Source of the DNA: Chloropicon primus
Taxonomy: Eukaryota
DNA length: 64,000 nt
Assembly: GCA_023205875.1 (NCBI GenBank)
Contig: CP060755.1
Span: 1,674,001 to 1,738,000 of the forward strand
Reading direction: 5' to 3'
Under the pieces are notes generated by a model. That model saw only the letters and a list, made by a program, of their open reading frames with translations. It ran no database searches and was not told the DNA's origin. Each line of letters starts with the position of its first letter. Position 1 is the first letter of the stretch. Of the stretch, positions 1 to 10,441 are shown piece by piece. The position numbers and the translations under genes are program-made.

Positions 1-17
1 AGGACCTCGGCCTGAGC

Positions 18-1055
18 TTGGTGGCCGAGTCTGCCTTTTGGAGCACCTGGGTCTGCTCGAACTTCGCCAGTCTGCCCGGTGTTCTGGCAAGCAAGAAGCT
101 GACTTGCACGAGGACTTTTGACCTTTGTGCGCCGACCTCCAACGCAATCACGGGCATCAAGGGCAAGCCCTCGAACCTCGACTTCTTCAGAATTGCCAGG
201 TCCTCGGTGTGCCTCTCGGGCCCAAGCATCCAAGTCTACCACGACTCGGTGCCACTTGGGGGCGCCCTGGACCTCGCCAGCAGGGACTTCGGCTGGGTCC
301 TGCCCCAGGAGATAGAGGCCTTCTTCGATGCGGCTTTCGCCACGGTGTTCGGCCAAAACGCGGAGCCATACAGTCGCGTCGCAATAAGCGATGCCCTGTC
401 CGTGAGCGGGATCAAGGTCAGCTTTGACTTCGCCACGGAGGAAGGAGACGGCATGGAAACCGGAAAGTATGTCGGGGCGCTCGCCTCGCAAGTTTCCACA
501 ACGCCAGTGCCGGCGACGTGCCCCAACACCGCGTACACGGTGTTTCATGGCACGGGGTCGGTCTCTCTGAGCGTTGACTCTTACAACGAGTCCAGCAGTT
601 TCGGAACGTCCGGGATGATTCCAGTCAGCATGGGGGCTGACGCGAAGCACGTTCCGCTGTACCAAGTGACGCCAAACTCCGAGGAGGGGGACTGGGCCTC
701 CTTCGCCGTCAGCAGGCTGACCAAGCTGGAAGTTGTCGTGGCAAAGAGTGCGATCCTGAACCAGCACCTCTGGCGGATCAGCCGAGTCTCCGCCGAGTAC
801 GGGTCCGGGTCAACGCAGGAAGAGGTGGTTCAGCTCCAAGTGGACTTGAGGGACGCGAGCGAGCCGAGAAAGGCTCAGGTCCCGGTGCTGGACCAGGAGT
901 ACTACGCCTTAGCGGCTCTGGCCCTGATGGTCATCGCGGGAATCATCGTCTTCATGCTGCCCTTCATCCTGTACCGGGAATACATCCTGGGCCTGAAGGC
1001 CAACGGCCTTCCGCTGCCCTTCTTCAGGTACACGACCCAGTTCAGGGGCTGGTGA
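18..1055 (+). CDS. 3' part of a hypothetical single-pass membrane protein (probably begins before the window)
   Basis: Long ORF with a C-terminal hydrophobic helix (YYALAALALMVIAGIIVFMLPFILY); no family recognised. Confidence 0.6.
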   Translation: MVAESAFWSTWVCSNFASLPGVLASKKLTCTRTFDLCAPTSNAITGIKGKPSNLDFFRIARSSVCLSGPSIQVYHDSVPLGGALDLASRDFGWVLPQEIEAFFDAAFATVFGQNAEPYSRVAISDALSVSGIKVSFDFATEEGDGMETGKYVGALASQVSTTPVPATCPNTAYTVFHGTGSVSLSVDSYNESSSFGTSGMIPVSMGADAKHVPLYQVTPNSEEGDWASFAVSRLTKLEVVVAKSAILNQHLWRISRVSAEYGSGSTQEEVVQLQVDLRDASEPRKAQVPVLDQEYYALAALALMVIAGIIVFMLPFILYREYILGLKANGLPLPFFRYTTQFRGW

Positions 1056-1108
1056 GCTGAAACGCAAGCGCGCGCGCGCTGTAACCTTTTTGTATTTCTA
1101 ACCAAATA

Positions 1109-2026
1109 TTACTTTGACACCATCATTCCGCAATCAACGATATGGACTCTCTCCTTGGGCTCCCCTTCCGGCGTTCCGGTCTCTTCGATCTTCTTCACAA
1201 GGTCCATCCCCTCGAGAACCTTCCCCAGCACGACGTGCTTCCCGTCCAGGTGCGGCGTAGGAGCCGTCGTGATGAAGAACTGCGAGCCGTTGGTGTTCGG
1301 CCCCGAGTTGGCCATGCTCAGGACGCCTGGCCCGGCGTGCTTGCTAGAAAAGTTCTCGTCGTCGAACTTCTCGCCGTAGATGGACTCCCCGCCCGTGCCG
1401 TTCCCCTCCGTGAAGTCCCCGCCCTGAATCATGAACCCCGGGATGATCCGGTGGAAGCTGGATCCCTTGAAGTGCAGAGGCTTGCCCTTGGCGCCCTTGC
1501 CCTTCTCGCCCGTGCAGAGGGATTCGAAGTTCGCCACCGTCTTTGGAACCTGGTTGCCGAACAACCCGAGGACGACCCTTCCCGACTCGGAGGCCTCCTC
1601 GCCCCCGATCTCGACGTCGAGGTACACCTTGGAAGTGACCTCCTCGTCCGCCGGGGGCGGGAGGTCCTCCTCGAAAAGGTACTCCCACTCGAGGTAGGCC
1701 TCCGTTTTCTCCAGCACGACCTGCACGAACCTGTCCCCTCCCTCCTCCTCGATGCTCCAGAACGACTCGTCCGGGTCCACAGAGCTCTCGAAGGACCCGG
1801 AGACCCTCTCCTCCCCGTGCACCTTGAGCTCCAGCTCCTTGGGCTTTATCCTCACCCCCAGGTCCTTCCCCCTCGCTGTCTCTGGTATCGGTATCGCGAT
1901 CGTCACCTCCCCCGAGGACGCCTTTTGCGACCACTTGGGCACGGATTTCAGCCCCGTCGTCCTGAGCAGCGCCCTCGTCCTCGCCCTCGTCCTCGCCCTC
2001 ATCCTCGCCCTCATCCTCGCCCTCAT
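1109..2026 (-). CDS. Cyclophilin-type PPIase with N-terminal CS (p23/NudC-like) domain and transit-peptide-like leader
   Basis: [15 protein letters not shown] and [18 protein letters not shown] motifs; upstream WSQ...VTIAIP...[11 protein letters not shown]...VVLEK is CS-like; start taken at ATG 2026. Confidence 0.85.
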   Translation of the reverse strand: MRARMRARMRARTRARTRALLRTTGLKSVPKWSQKASSGEVTIAIPIPETARGKDLGVRIKPKELELKVHGEERVSGSFESSVDPDESFWSIEEEGGDRFVQVVLEKTEAYLEWEYLFEEDLPPPADEEVTSKVYLDVEIGGEEASESGRVVLGLFGNQVPKTVANFESLCTGEKGKGAKGKPLHFKGSSFHRIIPGFMIQGGDFTEGNGTGGESIYGEKFDDENFSSKHAGPGVLSMANSGPNTNGSQFFITTAPTPHLDGKHVVLGKVLEGMDLVKKIEETGTPEGEPKERVHIVDCGMMVSK

Positions 2027-2102
2027 CCTCTCCAAGGTCTGACCGTGTTTAGCGGGAACGACAACTGGCGCTCTCCTTATCCCGTTAAAAGGCGGGAGGA
2101 GG

Positions 2103-3245
2103 ATGGCGTTCACGGTGGTCACTGGAGGGCGGGTGAGGGGGTGGAGGGGAGGGGTGGGGTGGGGGTGGAGGGGTGGAGGAGGCGACGGGGGCGGGTGGAG
2201 GGAGGACGGCGGGGAGGGGAAGGGGAGACGGCACGACGAGGACGGGGGGAGGGGTGTTGGACGGGGGAAGGGGGGTGGAGAGGGGGTGGAGGGGAGGAGG
2301 GGGGACGTTGGGAGGGGGGCTGGAGGACCCAGGCGGCGGCGGCGGGGGAGGGACGTTGGGAGGGGGGAGGGCTCGTTGGCCAGGGCGCTGGCCCAGGCGA
2401 GGGCGGTGCTCTTCGTTCTGTGGACCTTTCTCCTCGTTTTTCCTGGCATCACAGTCATGATCCTCGCCTACCCGTTCGTGTACCTGTTCGATCGCAAGAG
2501 GCGACGGTTTCTTCACGCGGTCAACAGGGTGTGGGCCTCGCTCAGCATCATGCCCTTCTTTCGGGTGAACGTCTCGGGGAGGGACAACCTGCCGCCGAGC
2601 ACCACGGGAGCCGTCTACGTGGCGAACCACCAGAGCGTCATGGTGAGTAGTGAGCGAGCCCACGTTGTTGTTGTTGTTGATGATGATGATGATGATGATG
2701 ATGGCCTTCTCCTCTTCTTCTTCTTATTCCGACTGACTCGAGACTGTTCTTTCGTGCTCATAAAAAAACAAAAACAGGACATCTTCGTTCTCTTCCTCTT
2801 GGGCATGCCCTTCAAGTTCGTCTCGAAGATCGAGGTTTTTTACGTACCGATCATCGGCCTGGCGATGTACCTCACGGGGCACGTCGCCCTGAAGCGGATG
2901 GACGGGCGGAGCCAGGCCCAGACCTTCAAGCAGTGCTGCGGACTGCTCAAGGAGGGCGTGTCCATCTTGGTCTTCCCGGAGGGAACGAGGAGCAGGGACG
3001 GCAAGGTGAAGGACTTCAAGGCCGGGGCGTTCAAGATGGCCCGAAGGGGCGGGGCTCCCGTCGTCCCCATCTCCCTCAGGGGGACCAACAAGGTGATGCC
3101 CCACGGCAAGGGCTTCCTGAGGTTCTACCCGGGCGTGGTTGACATCAAGATCCACGAGCCTCTGGCCCTGGAGGCCGACGGCGACGTCCAGGATTGGTCG
3201 GACCGCACCAAGGAGTCCATTCTCTCTGGCCTCGACGACCAGTGA
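2103..3245 (+). CDS. LPAT1: Plastid-type 1-acyl-sn-glycerol-3-phosphate acyltransferase (LPAAT), one intron 2643-2777
   Basis: NHQSxxD motif is restored by removing the GTGAGT...AAACAG intron; FPEGTRS and FKxGAF motifs present. Confidence 0.9.
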   Translation: MAFTVVTGGRVRGWRGGVGWGWRGGGGDGGGWREDGGEGKGRRHDEDGGRGVGRGKGGGEGVEGRRGDVGRGAGGPRRRRRGRDVGRGEGSLARALAQARAVLFVLWTFLLVFPGITVMILAYPFVYLFDRKRRRFLHAVNRVWASLSIMPFFRVNVSGRDNLPPSTTGAVYVANHQSVMVSSERAHVVVVVDDDDDDDDGLLLFFFLFRLTRDCSFVLIKKQKQDIFVLFLLGMPFKFVSKIEVFYVPIIGLAMYLTGHVALKRMDGRSQAQTFKQCCGLLKEGVSILVFPEGTRSRDGKVKDFKAGAFKMARRGGAPVVPISLRGTNKVMPHGKGFLRFYPGVVDIKIHEPLALEADGDVQDWSDRTKESILSGLDDQ

Positions 3246-3354
3246 GGGGCGAAGGAGAAGAAGAAGCGGGCGAATCGAATCGAATCGAATGATGGATTGA
3301 ATTGAATTGGATTTGTGTGTTGTATAGTTTGTTCACAAAACCGCAGCGAGCTCC

Positions 3355-4104
3355 CTAAGGCGTCGGTACGGTGAAGCTCAGTCTGTTCACGCGGAGGTTG
3401 AAGGGGGGCTTGCCGTTTTGGGCAGCACCCTTCGGGGGCCACTCGGTCGGGAAGTCCACCCCCACCGCGGCTCTCACGGTGCCATAAGGTCCGAAGACGT
3501 CCACCTTCTCGTCGAACTCGATCCCGTGGGACGTGAAGTGGAGCCCCGTCGAAACGTCGTTCCTCAGTCGCACCCCGACGAAAGCCTTTCGGGGGACCTC
3601 GCCCCGGCTCAACTCCTGGAAGCACTCGAGGGGGAGGTTGACTTGGGTTTCGACGACGAATTTCGACGAGGGGTGCGGCCTGACCAGCTGCTTGTACTGC
3701 AGGGTCGGCACGGGGAGCGCTTTCAGCCGAATGTGGTCCCCCACCTTGAGCCTGCACTTGGGAAGGATCCCGCCAGAGCTGTCGACGGCGATTCCCGCCG
3801 CGAGGTCGACCTGGGGCCTCCTCGCGAAGACGTAAGGATCGAACGCCATTCTCCTGTACGCCTTGACCCTCAGCCCGCCCAGCCCCCCCCGGAAATGATG
3901 GTCGTGGTCGTGGTCGTCCTCGTCGTCGTAGCGCCTCCCCCTCCTCCTGGCGATGTCCACCTTCACCGTGCCGAACGTCGCCCGAGAGAGCGCCCTCAGC
4001 GGCAAGAGGCACACGCTCCTGACGACGCCCCCGACGCTCCGCCGCGACGAGGGGTCCGACGACGGCGAGGTCTCCGGGGTCTCCGGGGTCGTGTCGCCCT
4101 CCAT
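3355..4104 (-). CDS. Hypothetical beta-strand-rich protein
   Basis: ORF with host-like codon usage between two genes; no family recognised. Confidence 0.55.
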   Translation of the reverse strand: MEGDTTPETPETSPSSDPSSRRSVGGVVRSVCLLPLRALSRATFGTVKVDIARRRGRRYDDEDDHDHDHHFRGGLGGLRVKAYRRMAFDPYVFARRPQVDLAAGIAVDSSGGILPKCRLKVGDHIRLKALPVPTLQYKQLVRPHPSSKFVVETQVNLPLECFQELSRGEVPRKAFVGVRLRNDVSTGLHFTSHGIEFDEKVDVFGPYGTVRAAVGVDFPTEWPPKGAAQNGKPPFNLRVNRLSFTVPTP

Positions 4105-4633
4105 CCCTCTGCCCTTTGTCTGCCCTGTCCTCGGTGCGCTGGCCCGAGTGGACGAAGATCCGAGTAGGAATATCTTAGGAGATCCGATACGGTTTTCGGA
4201 TAAAAAGGGTTTCGTCGTCCCTTCAATAACAAAGGGTTTTCTACACAACATGTAGAAAACGCCACGTGTGCCTGCCGACGCACGAGAAAGAGAGAAAGAG
4301 AGAAAGAGAGAAAGAGACGACGGACGGGGACGAAAACAGGTGCGGACGAGGTACGCAACCCACCGAGGACAACAACAACATCAACAACAACAACACCTTG
4401 CCTTCCCTTCCCTTCCCTTCCCTTGCCTTGCCTTGCCTTGCCTTGCCTGGAGTTCGCTTCTCCTAGGGAAGGAAAGAAAAAGAAAAAGAAAAAGAAAAAA
4501 CAATATTATCCTCCCTCGGCTCTTCTCTCTCTTCTTGTGTTTGCTTGCTTGCTTGCTTGTGGGACGGAACTGACGCAAGGGTTCGCTGCTTCTTCTGCTT
4601 CGCTTTCTCCAGGGAATTAACGAGGGGCTCAAG

Positions 4634-5257
4634 ATGATGCAGCAGCCCTTGTTGAGGCCCGGGCAGAACGTGATGCCGACCGTGCTGCAGGAGTGTTTTG
4701 ACATAAAGCCGGTCAAGTGCGACCAGGCGAGCATCTCCCTCCAGGCGAATTTGCAGGCCCAGATGCTCTCGCAGTCGCAGCTGCACGCGCACGCCCAGAT
4801 GATGAACATGATGAGCCACTCGCTCGTCCACACCCACTCGCTGGGTCAAACGATGTCGCAACAGACGAGGTACGCATAGTTTCTCTCTCTCTCTCTCTCT
4901 CCCTGCTGCTGCTGCTGCTGCTGCTGCGGTTGCTGACTCTCCGGGCCTCTCCTTGACGAAAAATCAAACAGGCCGCACAGGCCGCGCGAGGAGGACGAGG
5001 ATGCGTCCATGCAGATGGCCATGAAGAGGCCGAGGTTGATATGGACGAGGCAACTGCACGAGCGCTTTGTGGAAGCGGTGAACAAGATGGGAGTCGACCA
5101 GGCTGTCCCGAAAGCGATCATGCAGTCGATGAACGTGAAGGGGATCACGAGGGAGAACGTGGCGAGCCACCTGCAAAAGTACAGAGCTCAGCTGAAAAAA
5201 CGCAGCGCGGAGGCCGCTGCTGCGGCCGCGGGGAACAAGGTCGAGGCAAAGACCTAG
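4634..5257 (+). CDS. GARP-family MYB transcription factor, LUX/PCL1-like; intron ~4870-4971
   Basis: [19 protein letters not shown]...[27 protein letters not shown] closely matches the LUX-type GARP domain. Confidence 0.85.
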
Positions 5258-5368
5258 GGAGAGATTTTGATAAAAAAAAAATCTGTAACACTATTCTTTT
5301 AATCTTCGTATATGCAATCTGAACGAAAAAAAACAATATTCTTCCTCGCGCCACCAAACAAACCGTTC

Positions 5369-7135
5369 TCAAACGCCGATCGACTGGAGCTTTGGCAGCT
5401 GAGTCTGCAGCTTCTCCACCGCGTTCTTCCCCAGCTTGCAGTTGTAGACCGATATTGATACAAGGTTCTTGAGGCCTGAGATCTGCTGGAGCCCCAAGTT
5501 GGTGATCCTCGAGTGCGTGAGGTTGAGCGACTCGAGCTTGCTCAGCCTGCTCAGGTACGGCAAGGACGCATCGGTGATCCTATGGTTCTGGGCGAGGTTC
5601 AGGGACACCAAGGTGCTGATTTGGCTTATGTGGTTTATCACACCAAAGTCCGTGATCCCCCCGGAGCAAAGCTCCAGCGCCTTGAGGTTCTTCAGCTGCT
5701 TGATGTGCCTCAAACCAGAGTCCGTGACCTTTGCCCCGAACAAGTCCAAGGCGGACAAGTTCTGCAGGCCAACCAGCTTGGCGAGGCCCGTGTCGGTGAT
5801 GTGCCTCGTGTCCAAGTTCAGCAAGCGAAGGCCTCGCAGGTCCTTCAGGCTCTCCAGGGCGGAGTCCGTTATCGTGGTGTACGACAGGTTGAGCTCCTCC
5901 AGGTTGGCCAGCTTGGCGAGGTAAGAGATGCCCACGTTGCCCACCCCCGTGTCCGAGAGATTGAGGGACTTGAGATTCTCCAAGTACGTGAAGATGGACA
6001 TGCCATCGTCCGTGATCTTGCAAGAGTCCAAGTTGAGGCTCTCGAGGTTGCGGAGGCCGAAGAGTTTGAGGAGGCAGGCGTCCGTCGCCCCCGTGTAGGC
6101 CAAGTTGAGAGACCTCAGCTCGGTCATCCTGCCCAGCTTGGCGAGGTAGACGCTCGGCACGGAGCACCACTCCAGGTTCAGGTGCTGGAGCCTCTTGAAG
6201 TTGAGGACGAACTCGACGGACTCCTCGGTGATGGGGCAGCCCGCGAGGCTGAGGTTCCTCAAGTTCTTCAGCCCGCCGAGCTGCTTGACCCCCTGGTCGT
6301 TTATGCTGCAACGCGTGAGGTGCAGCTCCTTCAGGCTCTCCAGGCCCCGCAAGTGCCTCATCTCGCTGCTCCTCAGGTTGATGCACCACCCCAAGTTCAA
6401 CCTCTCCAGCTTGCCCAGCCCGGCGAGGTTCTCCAGCCCGTGCGTCAGCTCGCTGCACATGTCCAAGGAGAGCTCCCTGAGGTCCGCCATGTTCCTCAGG
6501 AAGGAGAGGCCGGTCTTCCCGACGCAGTCGCAGGCCTCCAAGCTCAAGCTCCGCAGCCTGGTCAGCCCCTTCAGCACCTCCAGGCCCTCCCTCGTGATGT
6601 TGAAGCAGCAGTCCAGGGACAGCTCGGTCAGGTTGAGGGAGTGAGACAGCTGGTGCAGGCCGAAATCGGTGAGCTGCCTGCAGTGCGAGATGTGGAGCAC
6701 CCTCAGCTCCCGGCTGCACAGGGACTGCAGCCAGTCGTCCTTGACGTTCGGCTGGTACGCCAGGCGGGCGTGGGTGATGTCCCTGCCCCCGAAGAGGGCG
6801 ATCGTGCCGGACTCCAGCCTCTCCCTCTCCACCAGAACGTCGAAAATCTTCTGGATCAGCTCGTTCGGTATCTGGTCCAGCACGCGCGCGTCAAAGTTGT
6901 CGAGGGACCCCGCGAAGTGCGCGATGCAGACGTCCAGGAGGTCCGGAAGGACCTTCTCCTTGCCCCTCCCCCTGGACTCGGCCTCCTCCTTGTTGTCGAT
7001 GGAGAGCCTCCTCGCCTTGAAGCTCAGGGGCACGGCGCCCAAGTCCGGGACCCCGCCCTGCTGCTCGCGCTCCTCGCCCGCGCTCCTGCCGCTGAGGATG
7101 TACGCGATCAGGCGTTTGCTGCAGCTCGCCCCCAT
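5369..7135 (-). CDS. RNI-like/cysteine-containing leucine-rich-repeat protein
   Basis: Many LxxLxLxxCxxITDxGL-type repeats; MGASCS N-terminus suggests acylation. Confidence 0.9.
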   Translation of the reverse strand: MGASCSKRLIAYILSGRSAGEEREQQGGVPDLGAVPLSFKARRLSIDNKEEAESRGRGKEKVLPDLLDVCIAHFAGSLDNFDARVLDQIPNELIQKIFDVLVERERLESGTIALFGGRDITHARLAYQPNVKDDWLQSLCSRELRVLHISHCRQLTDFGLHQLSHSLNLTELSLDCCFNITREGLEVLKGLTRLRSLSLEACDCVGKTGLSFLRNMADLRELSLDMCSELTHGLENLAGLGKLERLNLGWCINLRSSEMRHLRGLESLKELHLTRCSINDQGVKQLGGLKNLRNLSLAGCPITEESVEFVLNFKRLQHLNLEWCSVPSVYLAKLGRMTELRSLNLAYTGATDACLLKLFGLRNLESLNLDSCKITDDGMSIFTYLENLKSLNLSDTGVGNVGISYLAKLANLEELNLSYTTITDSALESLKDLRGLRLLNLDTRHITDTGLAKLVGLQNLSALDLFGAKVTDSGLRHIKQLKNLKALELCSGGITDFGVINHISQISTLVSLNLAQNHRITDASLPYLSRLSKLESLNLTHSRITNLGLQQISGLKNLVSISVYNCKLGKNAVEKLQTQLPKLQSIGV

Positions 7136-7493
7136 CTCGAGCTCCGTGTGTTCGTGTGTTGTTCGTGTGGTAACAATCCAAAGATTGGCTGACGCTGGTT
7201 CTGGTTCTGTTGTTGTTGTTGTTGTTGTTGTTGTTGCTTCTCTTCCAAAAATCGCTTCCTCTCCTCCTGCCTCCCCACAAAGCCTCGACCACGACAGAAG
7301 CGTCCTCGCCCTCGTCGTCGTCGTGGTCCTCGTCGTCGTGTTGGTGTTGGTGTTGGTTCTCTCTTGTCCCTATCCTATCCCTATCAGGCTTGGCACGTGG
7401 CTTTCCATTCCTTCCACGTCGACTTTTCCATATGGGAAATGGGGGGGGAGGCGGAGACTTGGGCGCGAGGGGCGCAGTCGCACGAGGGAGGAG

Positions 7494-8288
7494 ATGGAAA
7501 GGATGGGGAGTTTGGCGTGGAGGGGGAAGGGAGGGGGGGTGAACAGGACCATTGCGGCGGGGTGGACGTGGATCAAACAATGGGGAAACAACAAACAAGG
7601 AGGACCAGGAGGAGGACGAACAGGAGGAGGACGAACAGGAGGAGGACTCGGGAAAGACTCAAACGCTAATTGCACCGACAGGAGAGGGTACAAGACGGAA
7701 CAAGGAGGAGGCCATCTGCTGCTCTCCAAGGTCAGACCTCTGGGGGAGGAGGGGCGAGAGCGACTGGGGGGGGAGGGGGACAGGGACGCGAGGCCTTTCG
7801 AGGTCGCGGCGAGGGCCTGGTGCCCGACGCTGGGAGACTCTTGGACGGGCGAGAGACTCGTGGGAAAGGTCAATGCGACGAGGACGACGACGGCGACGGC
7901 GACGACGACGACGACGAGGACGCCTCGCGGGGTGCTGGAGCAGGCACTGGGGGGGAGGACGGAGGTCCGAGGCGGGAACTGGCTCCGCGAGGCCGCGAGT
8001 GGCGGAACGCCTCTGGAGGTCCTCCCCGCCACCCTGCGTGCCGGCGCCTTGCTGGGCCTCGTGCCAAAGCTTGCCTCGGGGCCGCTCCTTCGGAGTCCGC
8101 TCAGGGGTCCCTCCGAGGCCGGCGCCGAGCCCGGCGTCGGCGGGGTGGCGGACTGGATAAGAGTCGACTACGACGAGGTCGAGGTGATTCGGGCAGAGTC
8201 CGTGAAGCGCAAGAGAAGGAGCAAGATGAACAAGCACAAGCACAGGAAGCGCAAGAAGAAGGCCAAGTTCAAGAAGAGGAAAGTGTGA
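7494..8288 (+). CDS. Mitochondrial ribosomal protein mS38/COX24-like (DUF1713)
   Basis: C-terminal SVKRKRRSKMNKHKHRKRKK motif; start uncertain. Confidence 0.7.
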   Translation: MERMGSLAWRGKGGGVNRTIAAGWTWIKQWGNNKQGGPGGGRTGGGRTGGGLGKDSNANCTDRRGYKTEQGGGHLLLSKVRPLGEEGRERLGGEGDRDARPFEVAARAWCPTLGDSWTGERLVGKVNATRTTTATATTTTTRTPRGVLEQALGGRTEVRGGNWLREAASGGTPLEVLPATLRAGALLGLVPKLASGPLLRSPLRGPSEAGAEPGVGGVADWIRVDYDEVEVIRAESVKRKRRSKMNKHKHRKRKKKAKFKKRKV

Positions 8289-8760
8289 GCACCAATCGCG
8301 GCGGGGAAGGAGGAGAACGGGCGGGTAGTGTTATTGTTACTAAGATTGAAGAAAACAAGAGCGACGTCGTCAAGGTTGTTTTTCGCATCAAAATAAAGAA
8401 ATGAATCGAATCGAATTGGATTGGATTGGATTGGATTGGGTTGCCTCGAGAGTCGAGTTCTTTTTTTTTCTCGCACCTTTCCCCTCCCGCTCCCCTCCTA
8501 AAACCTCGTCCCTTCCTTCTGCTTCCGCACTCCCAGCACCAGCACCAGCAGCGACTCGTCCATCCTTGTACCCCTTGGCCCCTCGAGAGAGTAACGCTTT
8601 TTCTCTCATCATCGAGGCGCCGGCGACGAGGGGCAAGCAGAGGCGGCGAGCGCGCGAGGAGGGAGCTCAAGGGAGGGGAGGGAGGGGGAGGTAACGGACG
8701 TTTTCCTCATCATCGAGAGGCGCCGGCGACGAGGGAGCTGAAGGGAGAGAGAGTGAACAG

Positions 8761-10389
8761 ATGGAGTCCTCGGGACCTGCGGAGGAAGCCGGGGAGAGCT
8801 CGGAGGCTCTGGCGATCCTTTCTCAGATGTGTCTCATCATCGTCGTTTTCATCGTGGGTTGGTTGCTGGAGAAGAGGCACGTTACCTGGATAAGCGAGGC
8901 CTCGGTGGGCCTCATCATCGGGGTGGGGGCTGGGGGTCTCGCGTTCGCGGCGACGAGCAAGTTCGAGTCGAAAGCGTACTCGGAATGGATGAACTTTTCG
9001 CCGGACTTCTTCTTCTTCGCCCTGCTGCCACCCATCATCTTCGACGCCGGGTACTCGCTGGACCCCCAGCTGTTCTTCGGCAACTTTGACGCCATCTGCA
9101 CCCTGGCCTTCCTCGGGACGTTTGTCTCGGCCATCATCATCACGGTCCTCGTGTGGGGCTGCGGGGCCCTCGGCCTGTGCTACGAGCTCAGCATCATCCA
9201 AGCCGGCCTGTTCGGCAGCCTCATCAGCGCGACCGACCCCGTCACGACCCTCGCCATCCTCGGGAACGTCAAGGCGGACCAGAACTTGTACTACCTCATC
9301 TTCGGGGAGAGCGTGCTGAATGACGCGGTGGCCATCGTGATGTACCAGACGCTCAACGGTTTCCAGCACCAGAGCTTCTCGGCCGGTAGCCTGGGCAAAG
9401 CCTTCGGCGTCTTCCTCATGATTTTCGTGGGCTCTTGCTTGATTGGCGCGGGGTTCGGCCTCCTCAGCAGCCTGTTCTACAGGTTCGCCCAGTTCAAGAA
9501 GGAGGAGCACTATGATATCGTCGAGGCCTGTCTTCTGGTTCCGGTCCCGGTGGCCGCGTACATGGCCGCCGAGGGGGCGGGCCTCTCGGGCATCGTGTCG
9601 ATATTGTTTTGCGGCATTGTCATGGCGAGGTACACCAGGCAGAACCTGTCCAAGAAGACGAGCGACACGTCCTTGAACTTCTTCAAGATAGTCGCGAGGG
9701 TGGCGGAAACTTTTGTTTTCATTTACATGGGCCTGTCGCTCTTCTTGGGCCACCAGACCTTTGACATGGTGTCGATGTGGGTCTTGTTTCTGATTGCGTT
9801 CGTCGGAATGCTTCTGGCCAGGGTCTGCAACGTGTTTCCGGGCACCTTGTTGGTGAACACGAGGCGAAATTCCCTGCGCAAAATCTCGAAGAACCACCAG
9901 ATCTTCCTCTGGTTCTCCGGCCTGCGCGGTGCGATCGCTTTTGCCCTCGCCATGAAGTCGACCGCTGACGTGGGGGATGAAGCCGGTGCCGTGATCTTCA
10001 GCACGACTCTGCTCATTGTCCTCGTCACCGTTCTTGTGTTCGGCGGGTTCACGCCGTTCATGCTTTCCAAGCTCGACGTGCTGGACAAGAACGCGCCTTA
10101 CTCTAACTTGGATGCCGGGGGTCAGAGCGAAGACGTGGCTTTCGCCCATTTTGGTGGGCATAACAAGGACCACAGGTCGGACAACGACATATCCTCGGGG
10201 AGAGAGACCAGCGTCGAGATGGCCGAGTTCGAGGGGAGCCCAGAGCGATACATCACTCAGGTGGAATTGCGATCGGAGGCCGGGAGCTCGGACACCCCTC
10301 TCAGGAAGTTCATTCGAACGGCCTCCGGGAAGCTCACCGTCGAGGAGATTGATAAGGGACTTCACAAAGTCTTCGTGTCCCCTCAGTGA
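8761..10389 (+). CDS. NHX: Na+/H+ exchanger (CPA1; NHX/NHE family)
   Basis: FFFFALLPPIIFDAGY, LISATDPV, FGESVLNDAV and FSGLRGAIAFAL motifs. Confidence 0.95.
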   Translation: MESSGPAEEAGESSEALAILSQMCLIIVVFIVGWLLEKRHVTWISEASVGLIIGVGAGGLAFAATSKFESKAYSEWMNFSPDFFFFALLPPIIFDAGYSLDPQLFFGNFDAICTLAFLGTFVSAIIITVLVWGCGALGLCYELSIIQAGLFGSLISATDPVTTLAILGNVKADQNLYYLIFGESVLNDAVAIVMYQTLNGFQHQSFSAGSLGKAFGVFLMIFVGSCLIGAGFGLLSSLFYRFAQFKKEEHYDIVEACLLVPVPVAAYMAAEGAGLSGIVSILFCGIVMARYTRQNLSKKTSDTSLNFFKIVARVAETFVFIYMGLSLFLGHQTFDMVSMWVLFLIAFVGMLLARVCNVFPGTLLVNTRRNSLRKISKNHQIFLWFSGLRGAIAFALAMKSTADVGDEAGAVIFSTTLLIVLVTVLVFGGFTPFMLSKLDVLDKNAPYSNLDAGGQSEDVAFAHFGGHNKDHRSDNDISSGRETSVEMAEFEGSPERYITQVELRSEAGSSDTPLRKFIRTASGKLTVEEIDKGLHKVFVSPQ

Positions 10390-10441
10390 GGAACAAAAAC
10401 AACAAAGAAAACTTTTATGGTACAATGTGTTATATTTGGTG

